A DNA stretch of 64,000 nt from Amoebidium appalachense. Taxonomy: Eukaryota; Protista; Ichthyosporea. The number at the start of each line of letters is the position of its first letter. Positions within the stretch are counted from its first letter, which is position 1. The translations under genes and the position numbers were made by a program. Below are positions 26,716 through 63,438 of this stretch, in pieces. The stretch covers positions 2,482,231-2,546,230 of the forward strand of contig CAVNZM010000009.1 of NCBI GenBank assembly GCA_963693365.1. Direction: 5' to 3'. Under the pieces are notes generated by a model, which did no database searches, was not told the DNA's origin, and saw nothing but the letters and a program-made list of their open reading frames with translations.

Positions 26716-27009
26716 CTGCATCCTCTCCCCCTTCCCCTTCCCCTCCCCCCCCCCCCCCCCCCCCCCCCCCCCAACCCACACACACACACCCATAACACCC
26801 AACACACACAAATCAACACACCCGCACTGCATAAGTGCCTAACTCCTCTCATATGGTAGCTCCCCCGCCCGCACACACACATGCAACTTCCCTCTCCCTA
26901 CCCGATACCTCTTCTACCTCCTCCCCCAACCCGCCTCTCCTTCACCTCCCCCACACACGCACACACACACACGCGCGCGCGCGCGCTACGCTTCCCCACT
27001 GCCTCGTAT

Positions 27010-27050
27010 GGAGATTGGGCCACAGATCGAGGCTCCGCCGAGATCAGTTT
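27010..27050 (+). other. 3' asymmetric TIR and terminal stem-loop of the Helitron2-type element
   Basis: GGAGATTGGG, then the imperfect hairpin GATCgaGGC-tcc-GCCgaGATC, then AGTTT at the junction. Confidence 0.75.
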
Positions 27051-27215
27051 TATATGTAATAGGGGTGTCAGATCCTACGATGGCGCTCATTGTTGCCTAG
27101 CATGTACATATGTCACTGGCTGCATTTGATTGGCTGTGCTGGAAAACGCAGTAGGCCGTCGAATGTGGCTGGGCCTCCGATCTAGGGGGGGGAATGTCCA
27201 CGCAATAAAAAGTGT
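27051..27215 (+). mobile_element. Continuation (3' UTR) of the LINE-like fragment interrupted at 3593
   Basis: 27055-27101 matches 2354-2400; AATAAAAA at ~27204. Confidence 0.6.
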
Positions 27216-27223
27216 GTAAACCC

Positions 27224-27367
27224 GAGTATTTATTTGATTTTCACACAGTGTTCAGGTATCTCAGTATGCACTTGTTTACTGGATAACTCGTGAAGTTTTT
27301 TATTGTCTTCTCAGTATGCCTTGCATACTTGCATATCTTTCCGACGAATAAATCCAGTCAAAAAAAA
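27224..27367 (+). mobile_element. Short 5'-truncated LINE-like 3' end with AATAAA and oligo-A
   Basis: Reverse complement of 616-753; ends AATAAAtccagtcAAAAAAAA. Confidence 0.65.
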
Positions 27368-28373
27368 TATTACTTCTATTGACTATCTGTTAAACCACCG
27401 TATGTTTAACGAGTTTCCTAGGGGAAAAAAAAAGTTTTCTAGGGTGTATGATTATTTTTCTCTTGACTGGGATTTATTGATCAGTGGTCCAGTGGATATG
27501 AAGGCAACGTGCAGCCACTGGCTTCATGACCACCAAAATAACCGACTTCGAAAAAACCACAGCGATGAAATAAAAAATAAAACAACAAGCGACCAAAGGA
27601 CACCAGCGGGCAAAGGTACAAGTGCACGTGTATGCGTGAAGCTAGTTTGCTCCAACTAGTCATATGCAGCGATGATGACCAGGCCACACTCCGCAAGAAG
27701 ACATCATTACTGCTGCCCCCCAACAGGCCCCCCTCAAAATGAGTATTTGCGTCGTTAGGCTCCCCCGTATCCGTGAGTAGGGGTTTTTGTATTTTTTTCT
27801 CTTTTAGATATCTGTGATATATCCGGCTTTCTTCTCTTTCAAGAGCATATCAATAAAGTCATTATAAAAAAAATAAAAAATTCTTTAGTTTTAGGGTTAT
27901 CCCGGGCAAACCAGTTTGCCCATCGCATGATTGCCAAGTTGACACCTTGTCGACTGCGTCACTTTCGTACCATCAGTACGTTATCAGAGTGAGGGTGGGC
28001 TTTGTATTCTGGAAAGCATACGTACACACGTGTTCTGTCATTTTGTCATTTTAAAGGTTTTGCATCAGTACATGCTTGTGGCAGACAGTACTCTCATTAT
28101 AACCTATCATTTACAGTGGACCCTATGTAAACGTATTCAGTTTAAGTAGGCACACAGTACTGTTGGCGCTGGTAGAAAAAAGGCACCGAGAGATAGGACA
28201 GTCACCCACACGAATTTCACTACTCAAGCAGCCAGGAAAAAGCAGGTGATAGGGTGAAAAGCACCACCGAATATGGAAAAGGAGTTAATAGTGGAGGTCA
28301 AAATGCAAGTGTCGGAATGGTATGGGGCGTGAGCAGATTTGACCCTTCTGGGGCAGGAGGGAGCTCCGTTATC

Positions 28374-42481
<14,108 letters not shown>

Positions 42482-42953
42482 TTTGATTGGTCGAAAACAT
42501 CCGAATTATCGCGTACTTTTGTTTTAGTTTTTTTTATTTTTATTTTTTTTCCAAATTCGCTTATCAAACTCACAACCATAAGTAGTCACTGAATGAAATG
42601 TACACATACCTATGATCTCAGCACCCACACCACCCGCACACACACACACACACACGCACGCACGCACGCACGCATGCACGCACGCACGCACGCACACACA
42701 CGCACACACGCACACACACACCGGGGTTATTTTTAGCGCCCATTGGGAGCTCTTGGGAGTCGGGTCTTCTACGAAATAGCTTATAGAGCTGTGCTTAAGA
42801 ATTCGTACTTGAGTGTTGTGTGTAGGTGTTAAATTTTTTGATTGTTTTTTTTTTGTGTTGATTGAACCGATTTGGATAGTAATTTGTGATTCCAGCGATC
42901 TCATGCCTAAAAAAAAAAGGGTCCCGATCTCTGGAATGTAATCAGGCTTACAG

Positions 42954-43411
42954 CTACTTTTTGATTGATACGCTAATTTCATGTATGTAATATAAGGTCT
43001 GTACATAACCTAAAGCGATACATAGTGCACACATACATACACACACACGCACACACACGCACACACACTGCACGCACACTTTTTCATCACACAGACACGC
43101 TCACCCTCTGCCCACATCAACGCATTTTTGCACCTTAAGAGAGATTTTTCCGTTTCGGTTTCCTTTTCATTTAGTCTAAGACCTGAAACTGATTTACTAA
43201 TAGGAAATGTTTTGATTGTCACTTTTTTGGATAGTTCTTTTATTGGATATCCTGTTTCCGGATACTGTGCAGCCTGTATGTTCTGGCGCACCTAACGGCA
43301 CATAACTTTATTGGTGAAGGTAAATAATAATTTAGTTTACATAAATCCGGATAAATGCCTATATTTCGTGAATACCTCCTGCAGTAATGCATTACCGTCA
43401 TTTATCCATAC
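42954..43411 (-). CDS. Putative 3' exons of a small unknown gene convergent with the RTK
   Basis: Phase-compatible GT-AG exons 43411-43376, 43291-43105 and 43009-42954 (VWINDGNALLQE|VRQNIQAAQYP...MWAEG|YVQTLYY...); no motif recognised and no start found. Confidence 0.3.
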
Positions 43412-43427
43412 CTGACTCGATGATCCC

Positions 43428-43458
<31 letters not shown>

Positions 43459-44118
43459 AGAAAGAAACAGAAACACACACACAAACACGCATGGCACACA
43501 CCAAATAAAAAAGGAAAAGGGAAAAATACACACAAGCGCGCACACACACACACACGTACACATGTACACGTACACACACGCGCGCGCACAATGTTGCACA
43601 CACAACCCCGAACCTATCTTCCCTGCACTTGGGCCTTTCCGTTCATGCAAGCAAGTGCGCATTCAATCAATCACTTCACATAAAAATCAGTCGAGTCTTA
43701 CCCAACCTGGAACCTTAGTACTGAAGTGTGAGTTTTAAAATTGTGTGTGAATGCCCATAAAACGGCAAAGCGAGCTCAACCAGTGTAGACGCCAATCAAC
43801 AACACAATTTGAGTTTTAAAATTTATTTTCTACACTCGTGTGTAACGGTGAAACACATACCTACGCACCAACATTAGATGTTTTGTATTCAAGGATATGC
43901 ATACGTGCTACTTATCTTAGCTATCTTACAGGGCCCAAATACTGTCAAAACTAGAGACCCAAAAAATTCAGTACGATGTTACTATTCATTCGTGCCATGT
44001 TATACGTAAATAACTGCAATCATCTTGCCACTAATTTCATGACTACCTATATTCTTGGCCTGCCCCCTTTAAGACGTGCCCACACGTGGTTTTCGTTTAT
44101 TCTACCTCAAAATACCAC

Positions 44119-44153
<35 letters not shown>

Positions 44154-44514
44154 ACCCACCCACCTTCTCAGTCCCCCCCAACACACACATCACACATCCA
44201 CGCACAAAAAGAAGCCCTCTCACACACAAAAAAAAAAGAAGGAAAAGGAAAAAAGAAACAGCCCCTACACTTGGCGCGCACAAAAACACAAGTACCCAGG
44301 GACACAAGCACACGTACACCCACCCACACCCATACACACCTGCACATGCAGACACGCGCGCGTGCGCGCGCGCGCATACACACAAACACATGCTCTTTCG
44401 CTCAGCTCTTGCTCTGAGACTTCTCCTTTCACCTTCGGAAAAAAAATCATCACAAAATCACCGTTCTAAATGTATCCAAACCCTGAAACGTGCGATCACA
44501 AACAACTACCACTA

Positions 44515-53917
<9,403 letters not shown>

Positions 53918-55201
53918 GATGCCAATAATAAACTACAGTTCCGACTGTGGTTAATAGAACGAAAGGCAGACATAAGCCATCGATTCAGTACCATGCCAGG
54001 CTTGGGCAAGAACCTGCGTGTCTAATGAGAGACATGTCGAGAGTAGCATCTGCACTAATCCAGTCAGCTCTCAGTATAATTATTTGTACTTCGATCCTAT
54101 AGGTATGTCTCTAAAATAGCAAACCGCAGGGAACCAAGCAACATCTGTCTGGGAAAAACCGTCTAATCTACGTTCAGTTCTCTTTCTGGCAAAAAAAACG
54201 CAGCATGATGGGGCTGCATGTTGCGTTTGCGCCAACGCGCCAAGGTGCGAGGCAACCGAATGATTGGGTTTGAATGTTTACCCTCCTCCATAGGAAGATC
54301 ACTGATTCACAGCTTGAAGTCTCATCTGCAGATTCTGCTCTCTTTTCGTCAACAGCTTTTTTTTTATTTATTGTTTGCCAAAATTATTGCTAATCCAACA
54401 ATTGAAAAACACAGAATCTTATTGTTTCGTGTTTTCTTTTATAAGTTATCGCGGGTGTTTTTCTTTACCACTGTGAAGTAAACTAAGCTGGCAGCGCTGA
54501 GAACAGATCCCCAGAAAGCTTGTGTGTGGGGCGAACATAGCCGGAATCTTGATTTTCTTCTTGCCAAGATATTTCAGTGACGTTCACCTCAATCACAGGT
54601 ATAGTAGATAAGTTAGTAAATTATATGGTTAAAACCAGTTATAAAGACTTGGTAGCGGATTCTTGGTCTAGAAAAAGCCAGTTTTTTAGGGTTATTAGCT
54701 ACAAACACTCCATGATGGGATTCTTAAAATCCCGTGTATATTGAGAACGCCGGTGACGCACCCCACCGCAGGTGGTTTGGGGTGACTTTGTAGGTGCAGA
54801 GTTATCCAATCACACGGTTGGTCTTCGAGCAGGGTAAATCTGCACTACAACATATGATGGAAAGTCGAAAACGAACGGAAACCTTGAATTCTCTCTCCTT
54901 CATTTGTTCTCAGTGACCTGTACAAATTGATCACAACGCCTAACCACCTCGCCCATTTTTTCTGTGTATTTCCTTGTACGAGGAACCCCTGTTAACAATC
55001 TGCATGGACATTTTCCTTATGCGTCGAGACTTTTCCGCCCCAGTTAGGCTAACGATATCGATGTGCGGCAGCCATGGCCATCAACAAAGGACATGTAGCC
55101 TCTTTGCAAAAGTTGAGCCATCTATACCTTCAAAGCTCTAGAAAAAAGGCACCAGGACATGGGCATGGTTGAGATATGGCAATGCGTTCAGCAGAAGTGA
55201 T

Positions 55202-55236
<35 letters not shown>

Positions 55237-55576
55237 TTCCCCTTTACGGGTCACTGTACTCGGCCGAAGTCGCATGCACACCGAACCGCAAAAACCTGTA
55301 CACCCACCCACGATATACACACCGTGGCACACAGACACACTGACACACACGTACGCACACATAGAGGGAGAGAGATAGAGAGACACGCACACGCACACAC
55401 GCACACACGCACACACGCACACATGCACACACACACGCACACAAACACACAAGCACACACACGCGCGCACATGCACGGGCACACACGCACACACATACAC
55501 ACGCACAACTTGTGACACACTCACAAACGCAAGCACCCACGCATGCACGCACGCACGCACGCACACACGCACACAC

Positions 55577-55673
<97 letters not shown>

Positions 55674-55823
55674 CGCACACACACTAAATAATGGCACACG
55701 CGATGTACACTTTTACACACATGGACACACAGTGTGTCCTGACTGGCTGGATGGAGCGGAGTATTTTGCAGGTCCAATATATATATATATCAACAAGAGA
55801 AAGCTGGAGGCCCCAACGATAAC

Positions 55824-56401
55824 GGCAGAGCCAACTTGCTCCAACCAGAAGTATTCTTCTAAAAGCGGAATTGTTTTGCAAAAGGCAGAATCATTCTGCA
55901 GAAAGCAAAATTATTGTGCGAAAACAGAATCGCTTTGCTTTTAGCAACATTATTCTCCTTTTACAGAATTTTCTGTAAGAAGCAGAATAGTTCTGATCAC
56001 AAGGGCAGAATAAACTTGCTTCAAGTTTAAGAATTCTGCCTTTAGCATTATAATTCTGTAGAATAACCCTGCTTTCAGCATGAACAATTCTGCTTTTGCA
56101 GAATTATTCTGCTTTCGCTGAATATTTTTCTTTAGCAGAATACAGGGGTAGGCTGAATATATGATTACGTGGATTTTAGCCCTAGACAGCTAGAATCTTA
56201 GTCCCAGACCCCCCTAGCCCACAAGGACAAGGAGAAAAATCCTAATTTTCATATGTGCCGTGGGGGCTAGACAGCTAGAATCATAAATTTTTCAAAAAAT
56301 CTAGAGCTCGAATCTTCAAGTAATGGAAAATCTTATATTAGCCCACCCCTGTAATTCTGCTTTTTGCAGAATAGTTCTGCTAGGAGCAAGTTGACTCTGC
56401 C
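55824..56401. mobile_element. MITE with ~50-bp TIRs and internal GCAGAAT/ATTCTGC subrepeats (Harbinger-like GG..CC ends, tentative)
   Basis: GGCAGAGcCAACTTGCTCC... at 55824 versus ...GGAGCAAGTTGaCTCTGCC ending 56401; flanks AAC/AAT. Confidence 0.75.
56143..56351. mobile_element. 209-bp MITE with TA target duplication (Tc1/mariner-like), nested in the larger MITE
   Basis: TA|CAGGGGTAGGCTGAATATATGA ... TCTTATATTAGCCCACCCCTG|TA; removing it restores GCAGAATAATTCTGC, the host subrepeat. Confidence 0.8.
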
Positions 56402-57115
56402 AATGTGCTTGGGCCCTAGATGGGGTCTCGGCACCCACCCAGAGGCAGTAGTGCACTGTGGCAACAATAGGCCAACATTGATTAATAACCATGAGGCTAG
56501 TTTAATTAATGAAGATTGCAAATACGGAATGCCAGTATTCCAAAACAAACATAATAGGGTCAATGCTGAAGCCTTCCTGGCGCGGCGAGGGAGGGGGGGG
56601 AGGGATTTTTGGGAAGTTCTATCATTATGCTTCAACCAAATTACCTGTTCGATTATCGTCTACAACCCCCCCCCCCCCCCCAAAAAAAAAAGTTCTTCTC
56701 AACTTGATTTTATCTACTACCCTCCCGCCCCTTCCCCTCCGGATCCCTCGCCCCGTCTTCATTTTGGGGCCATTAGAGTGATTTCCCGTTACTGTAACAG
56801 TACATCAATAAAACAGTCCTCAGGCTGATTCTTTCTTCACCTTCGTCCTTCGTCTCCCCATAGAGCTAAGGGCCAAGATCTATCCTTCCCAACCCTCCCT
56901 TATAGCCTGAAGGGGGCATAATACCTTCCAACTATTAATCGCCGATGCACCCCTTCTGCCGCAAGAACTTGAAGGACCCCCCCCCCCCCCCCCCAACCCC
57001 CCACCCCCCACCCCACCCCCACCCCTGACCCCCAACTGTGCGGATGGCATTGCCTCCCTCCTGCTCCCAAAGTTACGATACATGATAACATACTCGGTCA
57101 ACCAGATTGTGTTCC

Positions 57116-57153
<38 letters not shown>

Positions 57154-57394
57154 ACAAAAAAAAAAAAAAAAGAAAAAAAAAAGACCTTTCCTCCCCACCC
57201 CATGGCCACCTCTCAACACACACACGCGCGTACTAACACACGCACACCTACACACACACACACACACACACCCGTCTTGTGGCCCGTTATGTCAACGAGC
57301 TTCTGACATCTCCCTAGTCACAATTTCGCACAGGTAAGCTCGCCAGATTAATGTCTAGGTGAACCGTTACGGGCATGCATGCGGCCTGTGTCAT

Positions 57395-57440
<46 letters not shown>

Positions 57441-57761
57441 CCTTTGAACTTCTCAGTCACACCCTTGCCTCCACGTAAAAGACACACACACACACACACA
57501 CATACACACACACTACACTCGAGCGTGTAGAATTCTGTGCACTTCGAACCTTGGATTTGGACCTTTTAATTCTTAGACTACTCGTGGTTCTCACAGAGAC
57601 AAGCTGTTACTCACTAAGAAAAACTTTTAAAGAAACGATTACTTTCGTGAGTACTTTCATCTCAAAAACCTCTCTCATGTCACTGACAGTTTTCTGGTAT
57701 ATACATCATGATGCATCTGTACACGGAACTATTTACACTTTGGAAAACTTGAGGTAACCAT

Positions 57762-57990
57762 CTAATAACGCCTATTATGAGGCATAAATTGCACCAATTA
57801 TTCTCAAACATTAATATGGAAGAGCGGTAGGGCATGTAATAACGCCTATTATGAGGCATAAATTGCACCAATTCTTCTCAAACATTAATATGGAAGAGCG
57901 GTGGGGCATGTAATAACGCCTAATATGAGGCATAAATTGCACCAATTCTTCTCAAACATTAATATTAATATGGAAGTGCGGTAGGGCATG
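57762..57990. repeat. Minisatellite, ~74-bp unit x3
   Basis: taataacgcctattatgaggcataaattgcaccaatt..ctcaaacattaatatggaagagcggtagggcatg repeated three times. Confidence 0.9.
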
Positions 57991-58261
57991 CAGTGTTCTT
58001 GGGCCTGCACCCTGGGCACAAAACAATTTCAAACTCAAACCCATACCCTGTATTCCAGTTAAACGCATCTTGTTCGGCGACACTAGCGGCAGAATAACCG
58101 CCGCCGCCGCCACCACCACCAGAGATGAGAATAATCGGGCATGTACGACGGTTGTTGATGATTTGGAGTGCGTCGTGAAAGGCGCGGTTGAACTGTTTGA
58201 AGTTGGAGTCTGTGTTGATGTCTGCACCGCTCTGGGGCGCTGTGTGTATACGTGTGTGTGT

Positions 58262-58312
<51 letters not shown>

Positions 58313-59452
58313 CCCGTGCGCCACGGGTGTGTGTATGCGTAGTAGTGGTGGGGGAGCAGGGAGTCGAGTGGGTTGTGGGTTGGGAACGGAGCAGATGAAT
58401 GTTTTAGAAACCAACAATCCTAAAGGTAGCTGGTGACCTCACATCATCGGAATCAACATGGACGACTAAAAATGTTTTAGAAACCAACAATCCTTAGGGT
58501 AGCTGATGACCTCACATCATCGGAATCAACATAGACGAATAAAAATGTTTTAGAAACCAACAATCCTTAGGGTAGCTGATGACCTCACATCATCGGAATC
58601 AAAATAGACGACTAAAATGAAACAAATAAAGCCTAAGCTGAGAGTAGTATTAGCCAGCACCCCGTGCCCAGAAAACACCGAAATTTATAAGCACGAAACA
58701 AGTATCCTTTCGGATGTCCATACACCCGAGAGGAATAGAGTCGAAGCAGGCGTCCGTGTGAAGGAGAAAAGTTTCACTAATGTTAAAGAATCAAAAAAGG
58801 GAAGGGTTGTATCCGGTATGCATGAAACGGAGTAGGAGCGGAAAGGAACAAAGATTATACACTAAAGCAAAAAAAAAAAAAAGAAGGAGGGAACAGAAGA
58901 AAGTTAGATGAAAATAGAGTTAGGTAAGGTAAGAACCGAGCAAAGTGCAATCAATGAAACGACTTACGTTTTGGGCTTGCCGATCCTCCACCCATGCCCA
59001 TACCCATGTAGCCATTCTCGACGCACAAATCCGCATTATACTGATCCTGCGTGCACACATCCGTGTACACCGACGCGCCGCCACCACCACCGCCATTGAA
59101 ACTACCCTGATAGATTCCACTGCTGGTGTCAAAAGCACTAAACCCACCACCGCTGCCCATTCCACCCTCCCAGACATATCTCTTCGACCCATCCAAACCG
59201 ACACAATAAACACTGTAACCCATTCCGGAGCCGCCGCCGCTAGAAATTGACGAGCATTGATGGTAGGTGGGTGTGGCAACGGGGATAGGGGGGTAATTGG
59301 TGGGTGTCTTCTTGGACGAAGATTTCTTGCCGGTGGTGGCGCATTTTGGCTTCATTGTGTATTGGTCCCATGTGATGCCACATTTGGTCTTGACAAGGGT
59401 ACGGGAGGCACAGCATTCGCTGTCTGCGGGCGCTGAGGCAGTGGCTGTTTTT

Positions 59453-59512
<60 letters not shown>

Positions 59513-59760
59513 GGGGGGGGGATTTTAGGGTGGGGGGGAAGGGGAGAGGAGAAGGGGAGGGGAGGAAGGGGGGAGAGGGGGGTGGGGAGTGGGAACAGGG
59601 AAGTGGGTTGGGTGAGTGGTGTGTGTGTGTGTGTATGTGTGAGGGAGGGGAGGGGGGGGGGGGGGGGGGGAGAAAGGGTTAGCAAGTTAGAGATCATACT
59701 GGCTGCCAGTGCGGAGCTAATCTTTTGGTTGGGGAGGGGGGAGAACAGAGGGGAGGACGG

Positions 59761-59795
<35 letters not shown>

Positions 59796-60965
59796 GAGGA
59801 GGGGGGAGGGGACGTAGGGGTAGACACAGAGGGTGCATGCAGCGAAAACTACGTGTTTCTTGCCTCGAATCGATACCTCTTCACCGAGTGTATCCCTTAA
59901 GTTGAATGGTGGGAGGACAAGTTCAAGAGCCTTAAGGAAGTGATTGTGGAAAAGAGTTTTAGTATGAGCGCGGGGGGGGGGGGGGGGGGGGGGGGGGGCA
60001 GGAGAAAGAACGAGTGATACCATTTGGAGCTGTGAGCCAATATGCCGAGCACTTGTGGAACACATCAGTAGCCAGAGCAAGGTAAATATCCTTAGTGCAA
60101 TTCTTGCTAGCCCACGAAGGAAGATCACACACGTTATTCGGTGCGATAACAGTGTAGTTTGGTGTTGCTAGTGTCCATTCAGAGGGTGTAAGGCACTCTT
60201 GGGCGGAAGAGACGGCGGCTTGGCAATCGCAAACACTTTGGTTGGTGTATGTGGAGCCACACGATGAGAAGACGTATTGAAGGCGCCAGAGGTACTCTTG
60301 GGCCGTGCATTTGGAACCGAGTGCTTGCATTTGCGAACTGTGGATAAAAATTGCATGTTTGTTAGCAACTGCCCCTGCTAACGTTTACCACCCCACGCTG
60401 CATGTTAAAAATAACGTGAATACCTTAGCGCCGCACGTGTATAACTGACTTCACTGGAACAGGTTCTTCCCTTTGTTGTTGCTGCATACAGAATTATAAA
60501 ACATTTTGCTTCTGCCCAACGCCGTTCAATCTATTTAAAACGTAATAACAACAGAATTCTGAGAGAGGAGTGGGTGGGTGTAGGGTGGAACCTTAGGAGC
60601 GTTGATTGCTAACTAACACGTATTTCTTATCTTAAAAACAAAAGTCTGACGTTATAGCGAATTCTGTTGTTATTACGTTTTAAATAGATTGAACGGCGTT
60701 GGGCAGAGGCAAAATGTTTTATAATTCTGTATGCAGCAACAACAAAGGGAAGGAACCTGTTCCAGTGAAGTCAGTTATACACGTGCGGCGCTAAGGTATT
60801 CACGTTATTTTTAACCTGCAGCGTGCATGTGTTTTTGTCTGCATGTAACTACTGCACACACACATGTTATACAAACACTGCAACCGATGTGCATTTAAGG
60901 ACAATTTCACCTACATGTGCATGCCATAACAAGCACAGTGTGCACGTGTGTAAGTTGTTCATGTG

Positions 60966-61001
<36 letters not shown>

Positions 61002-61525
61002 GCACTTACTTAAGAGTAGTCAGGTCGGGCTCAGCAGTGTCAGCCACCCCAGTGCAAACCTGCGTAATACCATCCACCGGCATCAGACCCAGACCACACT
61101 TGTTAGACCACGACGTAATATTCTTCAAACAACCACACGTGTTATTCCCCCCGCACGTGTAGTATGTCGACATGCCGGAATAGTAAGTTGTCGTGTTGCA
61201 TGTACCCGGTGCCTTCCATTTGCTGGTGGTGGTGGTGGTGGTGGTGGCGCGGGCGGTACGTACTAGGTGGAATTCCTCTGCAGAAGTGGCGATGTTCATT
61301 TCTGCAGAGTCGGCATCGCGGCGAACAAGACTGAGGGGATGGAAGAAATTGATGAGTGTGCGTGGTGTTGGGTGGACGGAGTCTTGGTGGTTACTTAATT
61401 GGTTGGATGGGATAGGATCTATCGGGTTGGTTGAGTATAGTAGGCGGCCGGGGTGATTTTGCATGCAGATCTCGCAAGTCTACGGGTTGGGCCTATTGGA
61501 AAGTGTGTTGTGTGTGTTGTGTGTG

Positions 61526-61599
<74 letters not shown>

Positions 61600-62955
61600 G
61601 CGGGGGGGGGGGGGGGGGGGGGGGGGGGAGGGGGGGAAGAGAGAGGAGACGGGAGTTTGAGGAGGACTAATGGGGGAAATGGAGTATGCACGAGAGAACT
61701 GATTGGGAAGTTAAAAAGGAGGGAGGCAAACGATCAACAGAGAAAGAGGGGCCGGTGATGGAATGAAAGAGGGGTGGGGGCTGGGGGAAAGGGGGGGGGG
61801 GGGGTTGTGGGGAGGGGAGGGGGAGGGGGGAAAGTTGAAAAGAGAATGGAAAACTTGTATAGACATAACTTACCCTCCAAGACCACCACATTCCTCGTAC
61901 AGAATTTCAGGAGTAGCATAGGGCAGTTCGCCAATTTCATCCATCAGCAGACTATAGGCCAGCTTGTTGGGGTTCATAATGCAGTAGGCGCTTTTCAGGT
62001 TAGTTTTACCGCTGCGCAGACACCTCCTATCGACGGGAGACGCAAGTTTATCCAAAAACTTTGTCTGTTTGGTGACGGGCGCCACCTTTTCATTGGGCCA
62101 TTCCACGTCATCATTTTCCATGAATTCGAGGCCGCGAACCACACGCTTGTATTTGCCGCTGTCGATGTGCTCCTTAACGCCTGACACGGTTGTTTGGCCA
62201 CCAAACTCCATGCGAAGAGTCGATGGAACCTCACTGTGAAAGTAAAAGGAAACAAATTTAAAAGTTAGTCTTCCCGCTTTAAGTACCTAATGCTGTTATG
62301 CATCCCTTGCAGGTTTGTTTGAGGTCGTGTAAGTTGTGCGTGTAAGGCGTATGTGTTCGTATGGATGTCTGTCTGTGTGTATGTGCCTGCGGTTCTGTGC
62401 GCATATTATCAAAAGGAAGATGGTGATAGGGGCGTAATACTATGCACGGATGCTGCATCTCTTTCTTTTTCTTTTTCCCCCACAACCCAGTCTGCTGCCG
62501 AGACATCTTACATGGCCGATAAATACCCTACATTACATACAACAGATATGGCACTATTAATCGCGTGCTCTTATGTTTTCTTAAGACGGGATACATATCA
62601 CACGTTGTTCGTGCATACACTAACAACCTCATGACTTTCTCTACTTCGACGAAAGTACTGCGTGAACAATCAACTTGAAGTTTGTACTGTGTAACACAAA
62701 CACAGTGCCGAATCCCTACCTGCAGTCATCGTTCACATATCCAGCCCACAGTTTCTCCACATGCTTAGCCACCTGTCTTGCAGCCGAATAGCTCTTAGCA
62801 TCCATCTCACCCTTGGGCCATGGTGTGTCACTTGGCAGTGAAGCCACCAACTGCTTGTATGCTTTGCGGCACCCATCCCTCCCCGCGGCCTCTGCGCCAG
62901 GCCCGGACAGAGATAGCATGACCAGCCCACAGGCCAGGATAAGTTTCGTTGTCAT
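57965..62955 (-). CDS. Secreted Cys-rich, Gly-rich protein of unknown family, ~710 aa, 6 exons
   Basis: Signal peptide MTTKLILACGLVMLSLSGPGAEA; exons 62955-62720, 62233-61874, 61492-61010, 60337-60021, 59444-58968, 58239-57965 are phase-compatible, with one in-frame TAG at 61482-61480. Confidence 0.65.
58398..58617. repeat. Intronic minisatellite, ~73-bp unit x3
   Basis: aatgttttagaaaccaacaatcct..ggtagctg.tgacctcacatcatcggaatcaa repeated three times. Confidence 0.9.
60394..60825. mobile_element. Intronic foldback element/MITE with ~166-bp near-perfect TIRs and CAC...GTG ends
   Basis: 60394-60559 is the reverse complement of 60659-60825 with ~3 differences; ~100-bp spacer; no clear TSD. Confidence 0.85.
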
Positions 62956-63403
62956 GGTGTGTAGGCACGATAGCTCTAACGGCTTATCAAACGTTTCTGG
63001 TCGAGGAAGGGGGTATTTGTACCGAGTAGGGGTGGTTGATGAGACGCTAGCGTGCCGGGCTCCGAAGGAAGGGGATTGGGTGGATATACTGGATAAAAAG
63101 TGACAACGCTGCACTCGAGTCGTGACCGACTCGTGACAAAGATTTAGTAATGGCGAAACAGATACACAGAAAACCTAGAGAATTTCATCACGCTTATCAC
63201 GCTGTTTTATAGGTCATACAGGAAAAGAAACACTACCATGTCTCTTGGATACTTACAAAAAGAGATAGATACAAACTGCAGTAACAAGAACAACGGGATG
63301 CATGCGCAGCATAACACCGCACGTGAAACGTTCTGTAACGTAGCACGATCACAGTAGCCAAGGCTCACGACACCACCTGTTTATTTGCAGCTCTCTCTGG
63401 CGC

Positions 63404-63438
<35 letters not shown>

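Noticed and set aside
27055-27101. CTAG at 27097-27100 as a canonical Helitron1 3' end
   Set aside because: The same sequence is in the uninterrupted flank copy at 2354-2400, so it belongs to the target rather than the element
54700-55140. Complex non-repetitive stretch that might be coding
   Set aside because: Only short open frames, no recognisable motif and no consistent splice model
59853-59930. Extra exon ALELVLPPFNLRDTLGEEVSIRGKKH in the secreted gene
   Set aside because: Phase-incompatible with neighbours; the direct join 60021^59444 keeps the frame
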